Shown: positions 39,335-51,054 of the stretch, piece after piece
Position numbering within the stretch: position 1 is the stretch's first letter
Layout of the letters: every line of letters starts with the position of its first letter
From: an uncultured Clostridia bacterium
GTDB lineage: Bacteria; Bacillota; Clostridia; Christensenellales; CAG-917
Length of the DNA: 64,000 bases
NCBI GenBank assembly: GCA_944358385.1
Contig: CALVQW010000002.1
Coordinates: forward strand, 72,033-136,032
Direction of reading: 5' to 3'
Made by a program: the position numbers and the translations under genes
The notes under the pieces: generated by a model
What the model was told of the DNA's origin: nothing
The model's input: the letters and a program-made list of their open reading frames with translations, nothing else
The model's database searches: none

Positions 39335-40130
39335 CCTCTTGCTCGGAGTGTGCGGCGGGTTTAAGCGCACTCTATCAAAGTTCACGTCGTGTTCGGAGAG
39401 TGTAAAACGGGCTGACGTACACTGACAGGGGAGTTATTGTCCCCCTCCTCCCCTACGGGACTCCTCCCCCACTCGGAATAGAGTTCTCTCCTCCTAAAAT
39501 GCGGTACTAACTTTTTCATAAAGGCGCAAACCGCGCCTTTATGAAAACACCTCTTAAAAAAAGTTTGAGTCTCGCACTCACATAACTAAGCGGATGCCGG
39601 TACTTATTGAGCGTCGCTCGTGGGGCGAGGAGGGCGACTCGACGCGCACGAGCGACGTCTCTACTTAATTTTCCGTCTAGCTTGCGAGGTCGCAGATTCG
39701 CGCCGCGACTTTCAAGCGCGGGCGCAAGACGCCCGCGGTGAAAGTTTGGCTTTGCGGCGCGTAGTTCCGTCTCCGAAAGAGAGACGTCGTGTTCAAGCGC
39801 GCCCGCTCTCGGTGTACGTAAAGCATCTCCGAATAAGTGACGTTAGAACGTCTCCAAAAGAGTGTGCGTCGTACTCAAAGACGCTTCGAATAAGTGTACG
39901 TCACAAGTGTTCCCCGCCCACCCACCCCATAAGCGAACATCTCTACACCGGCAGGAGTTGCGCCCTTATCGGATTTTGTCAAGGAATCGCGCTTTACGAT
40001 GGTGATACACCCTCGCGCTCCCTCACTATAGCTTTGTTTCTTCCTTTCATCTTTTTTGTCAAGGAATCGCGTCGAAAAAATTTGCAAGGCAGAGCCGGCA
40101 AAAATTTTCGCGCCCTTGACAACGACGACA
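39335..40130 (-). repeat. Family M repeat, inverted copy (with internal duplication of the TTCCTTGACAAAA module)
   Basis: The reverse complement shows the same module order as 28385-28945 and 11795-12150. GCGCGATTCCTTGACAAAA is present twice. Confidence 0.9.
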
Positions 40131-40519
40131 AGTTAAAATTTAAAAACTGCGGACGGCACTTCTTGCCGTCCGCCTTAATTACAAAACAATGCTCGGCTTT
40201 ACGCGCTTGCGTGCCTTGCCGCCTCTTTTGTCAATACTAGCTCTTTTGTGCGCTCTCGTCCCCGATCATCTCATTTATCCGCTTGTTGACGTTCACAATT
40301 TGCCCCCTTAGATAAGGGGGCGAACGGTGCTTATAGCTTTATATCTTGCTTGTGGGGGTATGAGGAGTTTTCGGGTTGCAAGGGGCGGACTCGGAAAACA
40401 GCCCCTTGCCGTTTTCGCTTCCTTTTGCGTCCAAAAGGAAGGCTACATTCCTCGCCGCTTGAATAAATAAAGGCGTGTGTTCAGGCACGTCTCCGAAGGG
40501 GAGCGTTGAAGTTTTGCGT

Positions 40520-40547
40520 AAAAAAAAGCCCCGCGGGTTGCGCGGGG
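40520..40547 (-). terminator. Intrinsic terminator after corA
   Basis: Minus strand: CCCCGCG-CAACC-CGCGGGG-C followed by TTTTTTTT. Confidence 0.8.
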
Positions 40548-40553
40548 AGGGGA

Positions 40554-41513
40554 TCATTTGAGGAAACGTTTTTTCCAGAGCACGATGCCGGCGACGAGGC
40601 AGACCACGACGGAGATGCCGATGACCACCCAGAAGCCCCAGCTCTCGCCTTCGAATGGGACTCCCGTATTCATGCCCCAGAACGCGCCTATCATGCTGGG
40701 GATGGCGACGAGCAGGGTGAGGGAAGTCAGCACTTTCATGACGACGTTGAGGTTGTTGGAGATGATGGAGGCGTAGGCGTCCATGGTGCCGGAGAGGATG
40801 TCGCGGTAGATGTTGGACATTTCTATTGCCTGTTTGTTCTCGATGACGACGTCCTCCCACAGATCCTCGTCCTCCTCGAAGAGCTTGGTCATCTTGGGGA
40901 GCTTGTCCAGCACCACGCTGTTGGAGCGCAGGGAAGTGGAGATGTAGACGAGGGATTTTTCGAGGTCGAGCATCTCGATGAGTTCCGCATTCTTCATGGA
41001 TTTTTCCAACACGTTCTGCACGCGCTGGCTGGCGCGGTCGATCTGTTTGAGGTAATGCACGAACTTTTTGGAGATGGTGTATTGCAGCTGTATGAGGAAA
41101 CGGGTGCGCTTGTGCAGGTTGAAGTCCTTGACAAAGCGCGCCGAGAGCATGTCGTCGATGAGGCTGGTCTCTTCGAGGCAGACGGTGATCATCACGTCGG
41201 GGGTGGAGATGAAGCCGAAGGGGAGGGTGGTGTAGGTGTAATGGTCCTCATCCTCCTCGGTGAAGGGGATGTCCGTGACCACGAGGAGGGCACCGGTGTC
41301 GTCGTCGCGTTCGATACGCGCGCGTTCTTCCTCGTCCAGAGCGGCTTTGATCATGTCCTCGGGGACGCCTGCGGAACGCGAAATAAGCTCGATCTCCTTG
41401 TCCGTGGGGTTGGACATATGGATCCAGTGGTCGCGGAAGTCGTAGCTCTCGCCTATGAGAGCGTTGTCGACGGTGATAGTGGCTTTGTTGAGTTTCTTGT
41501 AAACCTGAAGCAT
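40554..41513 (-). CDS. corA: Magnesium/cobalt transporter CorA family
   Basis: 319 aa from ATG 41513 (GGAGGA RBS 6 nt upstream; the ORF track begins at GTG 41534). Signature GMN motif (FWGMNTGVPF) between two C-terminal TM helices. Confidence 0.9.
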   Translation of the reverse strand: MLQVYKKLNKATITVDNALIGESYDFRDHWIHMSNPTDKEIELISRSAGVPEDMIKAALDEEERARIERDDDTGALLVVTDIPFTEEDEDHYTYTTLPFGFISTPDVMITVCLEETSLIDDMLSARFVKDFNLHKRTRFLIQLQYTISKKFVHYLKQIDRASQRVQNVLEKSMKNAELIEMLDLEKSLVYISTSLRSNSVVLDKLPKMTKLFEEDEDLWEDVVIENKQAIEMSNIYRDILSGTMDAYASIISNNLNVVMKVLTSLTLLVAIPSMIGAFWGMNTGVPFEGESWGFWVVIGISVVVCLVAGIVLWKKRFLK

Positions 41514-41758
41514 ATCGTTTCCTCCGGTGGGCACATAAACGCCGTGCCGGAGAAAACTCTGACACGAGCAAATTATTGGAGACTATGGCAACTTCGGTAG
41601 TCGGAGTCCATTTTGCACCTCTGTTTTTTCGTCCCTAACATCTTAGCAAAAAAAAATTGCTAAGGCAACCGAAATTCGCTTGCCCGAAAATTCTTTTTTT
41701 GCTAAACTCTCTATGATTAAAACAAAAAGCAATTTTAGCATCATACAGGAGGTCTCAA

Positions 41759-44374
<2,616 letters not shown>

Positions 44375-44404
<30 letters not shown>

Positions 44405-44500
44405 TTGCGAGAGATAGCACAAAAGATAAAAAGCCCGCGGCAACGCGGGCTTTAAGTTTGCCTGTGCTGCCGCGAAAAGAAACCGCCGAGCGAAAATGAG
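44375..44500 (+). repeat. 126-bp direct repeat, copy 1 (last 30 nt of ppdK + terminator + downstream)
   Basis: Identical to 44655-44780 except for one C/T difference (AAAAATCCCCGC versus AAAAATTCCCGC). The offset is 280 bp. Confidence 0.9.
44433..44459 (+). terminator. Intrinsic terminator after ppdK (second identical copy at 44713..44739)
   Basis: GCCCGCG-GCAA-CGCGGGC followed by TTTAAGTTT. Confidence 0.65.
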
Positions 44501-44654
44501 CGACACCGCGATAGTTTCGGAGCAGAGCGGAGAAACGAGGAGCAGGGGGAGCGTCTTGCATTTTCGGGAGGCGAAGAGGAGGGGCAGACGAGGAAGCAGT
44601 ATGCCTACACCGATGTGAAGGCATCGGCGCACGGCGTCTTGCCCCGACGAAGCG

Positions 44655-44780
44655 CAGGCAAACATCAAAAATTCCCGCAAGTAATTGCGAGAGATAGCAC
44701 AAAAGATAAAAAGCCCGCGGCAACGCGGGCTTTAAGTTTGCCTGTGCTGCCGCGAAAAGAAACCGCCGAGCGAAAATGAG
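44655..44780 (+). repeat. 126-bp direct repeat, copy 2 (orphan ppdK 3-prime end + terminator)
   Basis: See copy 1. Upstream of 44655 the sequence is no longer ppdK-like. Confidence 0.9.
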
Positions 44781-44923
44781 GGCGGGGAGGGGCGCGGGCT
44801 GCGGAGAGGGGGGAGTGCCACATGCGACGGCGAGATGAGGTGGGGGATTGCATAACTATGGAAAAGGTGGTATGATGAGCTTGAGGCAGGGCGGCATCGT
44901 TCCTGTCCGGCATAGGAGGCGTT

Positions 44924-45424
44924 ATGAAAACATCAAGGCAGATTTTTAAGTTTATAGCTTTCGGCGTGGCATTGACCTGCTTGTTTGCATGCGTGGCGGG
45001 CGTGCTTACTGCGTGCAACGAAGAACCGCAGAAGGAAGGAGAGTTTTACACCTTGCAAGAGGCTTATGATGCCGGTTTGCTCTCAACGGACGATTTGAAG
45101 AACATTGCCTATTATCTCAACGGAGAAGAAAGTAACAATGATTTTATGCCTTCTCCCAAAGAGCCTGCTGAGCTATCAGTTGAAACGAAACAGGCGATCA
45201 AAGAAACACGTGCGTATGATTTGCGGCACGAATACGGTGAGGACGACGCCACCGCAGAAGATGTCAATGTCATACATTATTACGGCACTTACAACGGTTG
45301 CATTGCCTTGATGTATACCGACAAATACAGCAATTATGACAGTGCGATATGGGATGTTGAGATAGCGGGCGTAACATTCCGTTATTACAGCGGCAATCGT
45401 ATTTGCATTTGGCAACCATTGTAA
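44924..45424 (+). CDS. Hypothetical small lipoprotein (low-G+C islet)
   Basis: 166 aa. Lipobox ...LFACVAGVLTAC followed by NEE. AGGAGG RBS. The gene is visibly more AT-rich than its surroundings. Confidence 0.7.
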   Translation: MKTSRQIFKFIAFGVALTCLFACVAGVLTACNEEPQKEGEFYTLQEAYDAGLLSTDDLKNIAYYLNGEESNNDFMPSPKEPAELSVETKQAIKETRAYDLRHEYGEDDATAEDVNVIHYYGTYNGCIALMYTDKYSNYDSAIWDVEIAGVTFRYYSGNRICIWQPL

Positions 45425-45482
45425 AAACTTTAAACATAGGAGAAAAATTTATGAGAAGCAATAAAGATTGAAGGAGGAGATT

Positions 45483-46031
45483 ATGACAAACAAAAAGGTG
45501 TTAAAACTTGCGGTTCTTGGTGCAGCGTTAGTGTGTTTGCTGGTGTGCGCGGTTGGCGTGCTTGTCGCGTGCAACGAAGCAAAGAAGTATCATGCCGAGT
45601 TTTACGACGATGTGGAAGAATTTATGAATGACGAGTTCCTCAAAGAAAACAGAGTGGGGCAGGCATTCTATCCGGCGGGCGATTTTTCCGGAGGACAAGA
45701 GTATATTAAAGACGAAACATCACCTTCCGCACGGACATTTATCGTTACAAACAAAGAAGAATATGTGCAGATATTCGACGAATTTCCTGAAAAAATAGAT
45801 TTCACCAATCAGCTTATAATCGTTTATATGTTTGTCACGACAACTCCGCGCAATTTTGAAATGACAGATTTGTCACTAAAAGAAGGTGTTCTTCGAGTAA
45901 GTTATAAAGTGGAAATGTCAATAGGGGATCGGTTGCATTCCATAAAAGATGATGTAATGGCCTACCGAAGATGTTTTGCACTGGTAATGGATAAGACTGA
46001 TATCACAACAGCGGAATTTGAGGAAAGGTAA
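45483..46031 (+). CDS. Hypothetical small lipoprotein (low-G+C islet; signal peptide paralogous to 44924..45424)
   Basis: 182 aa from ATG 45483 (AAGGAGG RBS; the track ORF starts at TTG 45468). Lipobox LLVCAVGVLVAC followed by NEA, closely resembling the neighbouring gene. Confidence 0.7.
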   Translation: MTNKKVLKLAVLGAALVCLLVCAVGVLVACNEAKKYHAEFYDDVEEFMNDEFLKENRVGQAFYPAGDFSGGQEYIKDETSPSARTFIVTNKEEYVQIFDEFPEKIDFTNQLIIVYMFVTTTPRNFEMTDLSLKEGVLRVSYKVEMSIGDRLHSIKDDVMAYRRCFALVMDKTDITTAEFEER

Positions 46032-46065
46032 CAAATAATACATTTTTATAATATGTGAGATAATG

Positions 46066-46236
46066 CAAATGAGAATATAGCACGCTTTATGATGGGATCA
46101 TCGCGCGCTAAGTTCGTGACTTTGAGTTGTCCACCAGCATAGCAAAAGGGACGGTCAATACCGTCCCTTCATTTGTTATATGAGAACATTCTGCTTTGAG
46201 AGTGACATCGGATCATTGGTCGGTGGAGACAACAAG
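46066..46236 (+). repeat. Duplicated unit: decayed tRNA-3-prime-like segment + hairpin + 15-nt tRNA-Val 3-prime-end fragment
   Basis: 46103-46169 matches 46465-46531, differing mainly in the hairpin loop. GGTGGAGACAACAAG at 46222-46236 is identical to 46542-46556 inside tRNA-Val. Confidence 0.8.
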
Positions 46237-46427
46237 TCATTCGCCGCAATGGGCGGAGGGCGTGAGAAGTAGAGTGCGTTTGCGACGAGGTGTACATTCC
46301 CGTTCGGTGGGACGTAGGGCGGCGAAAGCGTCTTGCAAACGGTGAAGATGCCTATTTTGGAGGAGGCGTCGGCAAGCCGCCGAACTTGCGCGCACGGGGC
46401 ATATGGCACGCTTCATATGCGCGCGAA

Positions 46428-46540
46428 TGGAAATGAGAACACATCACGCGTATATGGTAGGTTTGCGCGCTAAGTTCGTGACTTTGAGTTGTCCACCAGC
46501 ATAGCAAAAGGGACGGTACACGCCGTCCCTTTTGCTATGC
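46428..46540 (+). repeat. Second copy of the decayed tRNA-like segment + long hairpin abutting tRNA-Val
   Basis: GCGCGCTAAGTTCGTGACTTTGAGTTGTCCACCA followed by AGCATAGCAAAAGGGACGG-loop-CCGTCCCTTTTGCTATGCT. The hairpin also serves as the tRNA-Val terminator on the minus strand. Confidence 0.8.
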
Positions 46541-46617
<77 letters not shown>

Positions 46618-46675
46618 GAGTGCAAGGGATATATTACACTAAATTTTCGAGTGTGGCAAGTGATTTGCGGCATTT

Positions 46676-47353
46676 GTGTGCAAGATGTTTGTTTGGGCGG
46701 GAGAAGAAGGGGGACGGGCGAATAACGGTGAGGGAGCGGGGCATATTAGAGGTGTGGAGAGAGAGGATGTGCGGGCGCGTGGGAGCGCGTGCGGGAAGGC
46801 TTATGACACGCGGGTGAGGCGCGATGCGCGCGCAGTGTGCGCGGTGGGGTTTCTGTTTTGCTGTGCGTTGGGTGCGGTGTCGCACTTCTTTTACGAGTGG
46901 TCGGGAGAGGCGGTGGCGGTGGGGATCTTTTTCCCCGCAAACGAGAGTGTGTGGGAGCATATGAAACTCGTCTTTTTCCCTTTCGCGGTCTACTTTGCTG
47001 TTGCGCTCCCTCTCGCGCCGCGGTTGGGAGGGAGGACATTCGGAGCGTTTGCAGGGACATACGTCGCGGCGGCGGTGTTGCCCTGCGTCTTTTACACCTA
47101 CACGGCGTTCACGGGGAGGGCTGTTTTGGGCGCGGACATCGCCACCTTTGTCGCGGGGACGGCGGCGGGGATGCTCACGGCTTACCGCGCGTTCACGCGG
47201 ACGGGAAAGAGCAGGGCAGCGTGGGTTGTCGGGGCGGCGGGCATCGCCGTGCTGGTCACGCTGTGGCTCACTCTCACGCTGTACGCCCCGGACTTCTTCC
47301 TTTTTACGGATCCGGTGACGGGCGGGCGCGGTCTGCCCGCGCACGGGCGGTGA
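46676..47353 (+). CDS. Hypothetical membrane protein (DUF6512-like)
   Basis: Hydrophobic 4-5 TM protein with the SVWEHMKL motif that I associate with DUF6512. The true start is uncertain: ATG 46676/46685, or an in-frame GTG at 46814 just before the first TM. Confidence 0.55.
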   Translation: MCKMFVWAGEEGGRANNGEGAGHIRGVEREDVRARGSACGKAYDTRVRRDARAVCAVGFLFCCALGAVSHFFYEWSGEAVAVGIFFPANESVWEHMKLVFFPFAVYFAVALPLAPRLGGRTFGAFAGTYVAAAVLPCVFYTYTAFTGRAVLGADIATFVAGTAAGMLTAYRAFTRTGKSRAAWVVGAAGIAVLVTLWLTLTLYAPDFFLFTDPVTGGRGLPAHGR

Positions 47354-47477
47354 CAGCGGAGGGCTTATGCCGCCGAATCGCGCCGTTTTTGTATTTTTAC
47401 ACCGACATACACATAAATGTGTTGAAATTCATATTATTTTAAGCAAATGAAATAAAAGTTTATTTGTGTAAGGTGGA

Positions 47478-47506
47478 TTGACAATCCGATCAATAAGCGA
47501 TATATT
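47478..47506 (+). promoter_or_regulatory. Promoter of ArsR-family gene 47545..47823
   Basis: TTGACA (47478-47483), 17 nt spacer, TATATT (47501-47506). Confidence 0.7.
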
Positions 47507-47544
47507 AGAATTACTGTTGGAATATGTGACGGGAGTATCACACT

Positions 47545-47823
47545 ATGGAAGAAAAAACTTATATCAACATCTGTAAAGCATTCAGCGATAACAACCGTAT
47601 GAAGATTTTTGAGATGCTGCGCGAGAGAGATATGTGCGCGTACGAGATCTTGAAGAACCTCAACTGTTCTCAGCCCACGCTGTCCTACCACATGAAATTG
47701 CTCACGGACAGCGGCATCGTCAACGGCGAAAAGAGAGGGCTTTGGAAACATTACAGCATCAACTATGAGCTGCTGGATGAGTTCCAACATTATTTTGCGG
47801 AGAAGCAACTCGCAAAAGGTTGA
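47545..47823 (+). CDS. ArsR family transcriptional regulator
   Basis: 92 aa. Winged helix with MCAYEILKNLNCSQPTLSYHMKLL. Consensus TTGACA-17-TATATT promoter upstream. Lower G+C than the flanking genes. Confidence 0.85.
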   Translation: MEEKTYINICKAFSDNNRMKIFEMLRERDMCAYEILKNLNCSQPTLSYHMKLLTDSGIVNGEKRGLWKHYSINYELLDEFQHYFAEKQLAKG

Positions 47824-47830
47824 GCAAGCT

Positions 47831-47862
47831 GAGCCGAAGCGAAAAAGCTTCGGCTCTTTTTT
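47831..47862 (+). terminator. Intrinsic terminator between the ArsR-family gene and the flavoprotein gene
   Basis: GAGCCGAAGC-GAAAAA-GCTTCGGCTC followed by TTTTTT. Perfect 10-bp stem. Confidence 0.8.
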
Positions 47863-47871
47863 AAGGGCGTG

Positions 47872-49059
47872 ATGAGCAAGAGTTGTGTCAAGGATATCGC
47901 GGTGATAGGCGGCGGCGCGGCTGCGTTGGCGTTTGCCGCGATGACCTCGGGCAGGCGAGTCACGCTGTTGGAAGCGGGAGCGCGCGTCGGCAAAAAACTG
48001 CTGGCGACGGGCAACGGCAAATGCAATCTGACGGGACTTTCGGTCTCGGCGGCGGATTTCAACGCTCCCGAAAAAGCAGGCTTTTTTCTTGAAAAATTCC
48101 CACCCGAAAGAGCGATAGAGTTTTTTGAGTCTTTGGGACTTTGCACCCGTGTCACCGGCGGGCGCGTTTATCCCTATTCCGAGTGCGCGTCCTCCGTGCT
48201 GGACACCCTCATGGCGGCGGCAAAGGAGAGGGGGGCGGAAATGCTCACCCGCCGCGAAGTGCGCTCCGTGAAACGCGAGCATGACGGCTTTGTGCTGGAT
48301 GTCATTCTCACCGACGACAAGGGCGCGGAAACGGGGCGGGAACGTCTCACGGCGAATGCGGTGGTGCTGGCGACGGGTTCCGGCGCGTCGGGCGGACGGG
48401 ACAGCGTGTCCCTCTACACCGCGCTGGGACACACGGCACGGGCGTTCGCGCCCTCTCTCGTCCCCCTCAAAACGGACAGGGAGAGCGTGAAAGGGCTTAA
48501 CGGCGTGCGCGTCAAATGCGCGGCGGAGCTTTGCGGCGTGCGTGCGGAAGGGGAGATCCTCTTCCGTGACTACGGCATAAGCGGCATCGCGGCGATGGAT
48601 CTTTCCGCTTTATACGCGCGCGGACGGGCGAAGAAGGGGGAGAGCATAGTCCTGGACTTAATGCCCGAACGCACTCTCGCCGAGGTGGAGGCGCGCATAG
48701 CGGCGCAGACGGACAGGAGCGCGGAGAGGGTGCTGAAAGGGATGTTCCATTCCCGCGTGGCGGAACGCATCGCGGAAAGGGCGGGACAGCCCCTTGACGC
48801 TACACCCGATGCCAAGGCACTAGCCGCCGTCATCAAAGCATATTCTCTCACTCTATACGGTTGCGCGGACGCTGACCGCGCGCAAGTGATGTCGGGCGGG
48901 CTTTCCCTCGACGAGTTCGACGAGTGTCTCCGCTCCCGTATAGTCCCCGATGCCTACGCCATGGGCGAGGCTCTGGACGTTGACGGACTGTGCGGCGGGT
49001 GCAATCTGCAATGGGCGTGGTCCTCGGCGTATGCCGTCTCCTGCGCGCTCGGAAAGTGA
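47872..49059 (+). CDS. NAD(P)/FAD-dependent oxidoreductase, HI0933/BaiN-like flavoprotein family
   Basis: Dinucleotide-binding motif IAVIGGGAAALAFA and the family motif GKKLLATGNGKCNLT. ATG 47872 (in-frame GTG at 47869). Confidence 0.8.
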   Translation: MSKSCVKDIAVIGGGAAALAFAAMTSGRRVTLLEAGARVGKKLLATGNGKCNLTGLSVSAADFNAPEKAGFFLEKFPPERAIEFFESLGLCTRVTGGRVYPYSECASSVLDTLMAAAKERGAEMLTRREVRSVKREHDGFVLDVILTDDKGAETGRERLTANAVVLATGSGASGGRDSVSLYTALGHTARAFAPSLVPLKTDRESVKGLNGVRVKCAAELCGVRAEGEILFRDYGISGIAAMDLSALYARGRAKKGESIVLDLMPERTLAEVEARIAAQTDRSAERVLKGMFHSRVAERIAERAGQPLDATPDAKALAAVIKAYSLTLYGCADADRAQVMSGGLSLDEFDECLRSRIVPDAYAMGEALDVDGLCGGCNLQWAWSSAYAVSCALGK

Positions 49060-49129
49060 ACGCGTAAGTGTGCGGAAACGCGGAAGTGTCGAAAAATAGA
49101 TAAAAAGGTTAACTTTTTTGCTCATTATC

Positions 49130-49158
49130 TTGATTATAATTTGTTTCAATGTTATACT
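49130..49158 (+). promoter_or_regulatory. Promoter of marR-family/M28 peptidase operon; predicted leaderless transcript
   Basis: TTGATT (49130-49135), 17 nt spacer, TGtTATACT (49150-49158). The ATG at 49165 follows after 6 nt. Confidence 0.55.
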
Positions 49159-49164
49159 AATTTC

Positions 49165-49599
49165 ATGGATGTTAAGAATGCGGCATATTTCTTTTCGGCG
49201 TACAGGAAACTCCTGCGCTCATATACGGATTTTCAGCTCAACGCGCTGGAAGGTTATGACCTGTCTCCCAACGAGATCGTTGTGCTGAGCAGCATAGAGA
49301 CCACCCCCACGGCGAGCGAGATCGCATTGCGCTCGGACGTGAGCAAAGCCCTTGTCTCGCGTAGCGTCAAGCTGCTCAAGGAGAAGAATTATATCACCGC
49401 CACCGTCTCGGACGAGGACAAGCGCGAACAGCAGCTCGCCCTCACGGACGAGGGGCGCAAGGTGGCGGAACTCATCGACGAGGCAAACAGGAGATATTTC
49501 GCCACCGCGTTCGCCAACTTCGAACAGGACGAGAAAGCCGTATTGAAAGCCCTGCTCGATATGATGCTGAGAAATCTTAATGTGGACTTTACGATATGA
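49165..49599 (+). CDS. MarR family transcriptional regulator
   Basis: 144 aa from ATG 49165. MarR winged-helix region (LSPNEIVVLSSI...ASEIALRSDVSKALVSRSVKLLKEKNYI...DKREQQLALT). The promoter -10 lies 6 nt from the ATG, so the gene appears leaderless. Confidence 0.8.
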   Translation: MDVKNAAYFFSAYRKLLRSYTDFQLNALEGYDLSPNEIVVLSSIETTPTASEIALRSDVSKALVSRSVKLLKEKNYITATVSDEDKREQQLALTDEGRKVAELIDEANRRYFATAFANFEQDEKAVLKALLDMMLRNLNVDFTI

Positions 49600-50813
49600 A
49601 ATTTGATGCATTAAAGCGCGATAGTGCGCAAAGCAAAGCATATATTATGTCCGAGACCGAGTACGTTGCCGAGAATATGTCCGTGCGCGGCGCGGGCAGC
49701 GTCGCCGAGGCGGATGCGGCGGATCACTTTGCTGAGAAGCTGGAAAGCTTGGGCGCGAAGGTGACCAAAGAGGAGTTTGACGTAGCCCCCGCGGCGGCGT
49801 TCGGGTGGATAGGCGTGACGGCGGTGTGCGTGTTGCTCGCCTATGTCGCCTATTTCTTCGTGTCCATGGTCTCGGTCGCGCTCATCATCGTCGCGCTCGT
49901 CCCCCTCGTGGTGCAGGGCGTGCTGATGTCTAGGGCGTTCGACAAGGTTTACATCGGGCGTGTTTCGCGCAACGTGACGGCGGTGCTGCCCTGTGAGGGC
50001 GAGGTGAAACGCAGGGTGTTCTTCACCGCGCATTTGGATGCGGCGCACACCTTCCGTCCCGCCGTCAAGGGTAGGATGAAATGGGTGCTTGCCATAGTGG
50101 TCGCCTCCCTCGTCGGCACTATTTATCTGCTCGCCGCCGACATCGCCCGCTGGGCTTATCTCGGCAGTATGGGCACGGGGCTGGTGACGGAGGGTTGGCT
50201 CATCGCGGGATTGGTGGGCATAGTGTTCGTCCCCGCATGGATCGCGGCTCTCTTCCTCATCGACGGCAAGAAGCTTTCCGTGGGCGCGGGGGACGATCTC
50301 ACCGGCTGCTGTGTCGCGCTTGCGGTGATGAAAGCCCTTGCGGAGAGCGGCGTGAAGCCCGCACACACCGAAGTGGGCGTCATCCTGACGGGCGCGGAGG
50401 AGTGCGGTCTGAGAGGCTCAAAGGCGTGGTGCGACGCGCACGCGGAGGAATACCGCGGCAGCGAAACTTACTTCGTGACGCTGGACACTTTGCGTGACGC
50501 AAAACTGCTCAAAGTGCATACAAGGGATCTCAACGGTCTGAAAGCGTTGGATAAAGATGCCGTAGGGTTGGTCAAGGCGGCGGCGGACAATGCCGGCACG
50601 GAGTGCGGCGAAGGCGGGATATTCCTCGGTGCGACGGATGCGGCGTCATTTGCATCCGCAGGGCTGAAAGCCACGGGCATCACCGCGTTCGATCCCATGA
50701 GCGAGACCTATCACACCGAGAACGACCTTCCCGAAAGTCTGGATGCCGATTTCCTCGAAAAGTGCTATCTGCTCGCGCTGGGCATCGTCGAGGAGCTGGA
50801 CGGCAGAGACTGA
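49596..50813 (+). CDS. Membrane-anchored M28-family metallopeptidase
   Basis: 405 aa. Internal TM helices. M28 zinc-ligand pattern (FFTAHLDAAH, GAGDDLTGC, TGAEECGLRGS, GATDAASF). ATGA overlap with the marR-family gene. Confidence 0.75.
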   Translation: MKFDALKRDSAQSKAYIMSETEYVAENMSVRGAGSVAEADAADHFAEKLESLGAKVTKEEFDVAPAAAFGWIGVTAVCVLLAYVAYFFVSMVSVALIIVALVPLVVQGVLMSRAFDKVYIGRVSRNVTAVLPCEGEVKRRVFFTAHLDAAHTFRPAVKGRMKWVLAIVVASLVGTIYLLAADIARWAYLGSMGTGLVTEGWLIAGLVGIVFVPAWIAALFLIDGKKLSVGAGDDLTGCCVALAVMKALAESGVKPAHTEVGVILTGAEECGLRGSKAWCDAHAEEYRGSETYFVTLDTLRDAKLLKVHTRDLNGLKALDKDAVGLVKAAADNAGTECGEGGIFLGATDAASFASAGLKATGITAFDPMSETYHTENDLPESLDADFLEKCYLLALGIVEELDGRD

Positions 50814-50895
50814 CCGCATCGCGCGGCGCGCAGGCGACAGCAGGACGCGCGCAAGCGGCAAAGCGCAAGCGGAAGAGAACATTTCGACCACAACC

Positions 50896-50934
50896 AAAAA
50901 ACGCGTACACTTCACGGTGTGCGCGTTGTTTTTT
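50896..50934. terminator. Bidirectional terminator between convergent M28 peptidase and dnaI genes
   Basis: AAAAAACGCGTACAC-TTCACG-GTGTGCGCGTTGTTTTTT. Confidence 0.75.
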
Positions 50935-50947
50935 AGTGATGCGGGTG

Positions 50948-51024
50948 GTGCGCTTTTGTCGGTTTGCGGTGCGGGCGCGCGCTTTTGTAGGTTTGCGGTG
51001 CGGCGCGCGTTTTGTCGGGTGCGG
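50948..51024. repeat. Three tandem ~27-30-nt G/T-rich repeats
   Basis: GCGCTTTTGTCGGTTTGCGGTGCGG / GCGCTTTTGTAGGTTTGCGGTGCGG / GCGCGTTTTGTCGGGTGCGG, just downstream of the dnaI stop. Confidence 0.75.
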
Positions 51025-51054
51025 GGCGATCCTCTCGGAATGCCGCGTCCCGTT

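Noticed and set aside
39620-40240. A 206-aa ORF in the 1.45-kb gap between gene 37473..39098 and corA.
   Set aside because: It runs straight through the inverted family M repeat copy. Its equivalents in the other copies are not open in the same frame, and it has no RBS or family resemblance.
41514-41758. Looked for an M-box (Mg2+) riboswitch upstream of corA, and for regulatory RNA in the corA-ppdK divergent region.
   Set aside because: No M-box core sequences such as GUUAGGUGAGGCU were seen. Only generic small hairpins are present, for example CTTAGCAA-A7-TTGCTAAG.
45451-45471. A 6-codon micro-ORF (MRSNKD) with an AGGAGA RBS between the two lipoprotein genes.
   Set aside because: It is too short to support and could be a chance occurrence in AT-rich spacer. 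There is no evidence for a leader-peptide mechanism.
46465-46497. A + strand tRNA gene ending in ...GTTGTCCACCA (also at 46103-46135).
   Set aside because: Only a 3-prime-half-like segment exists. The T-stem is imperfect with a 2-nt insertion. No complementary 5-prime acceptor strand or anticodon arm lies in the ~76 nt upstream. It is treated as a decayed fragment or repeat.
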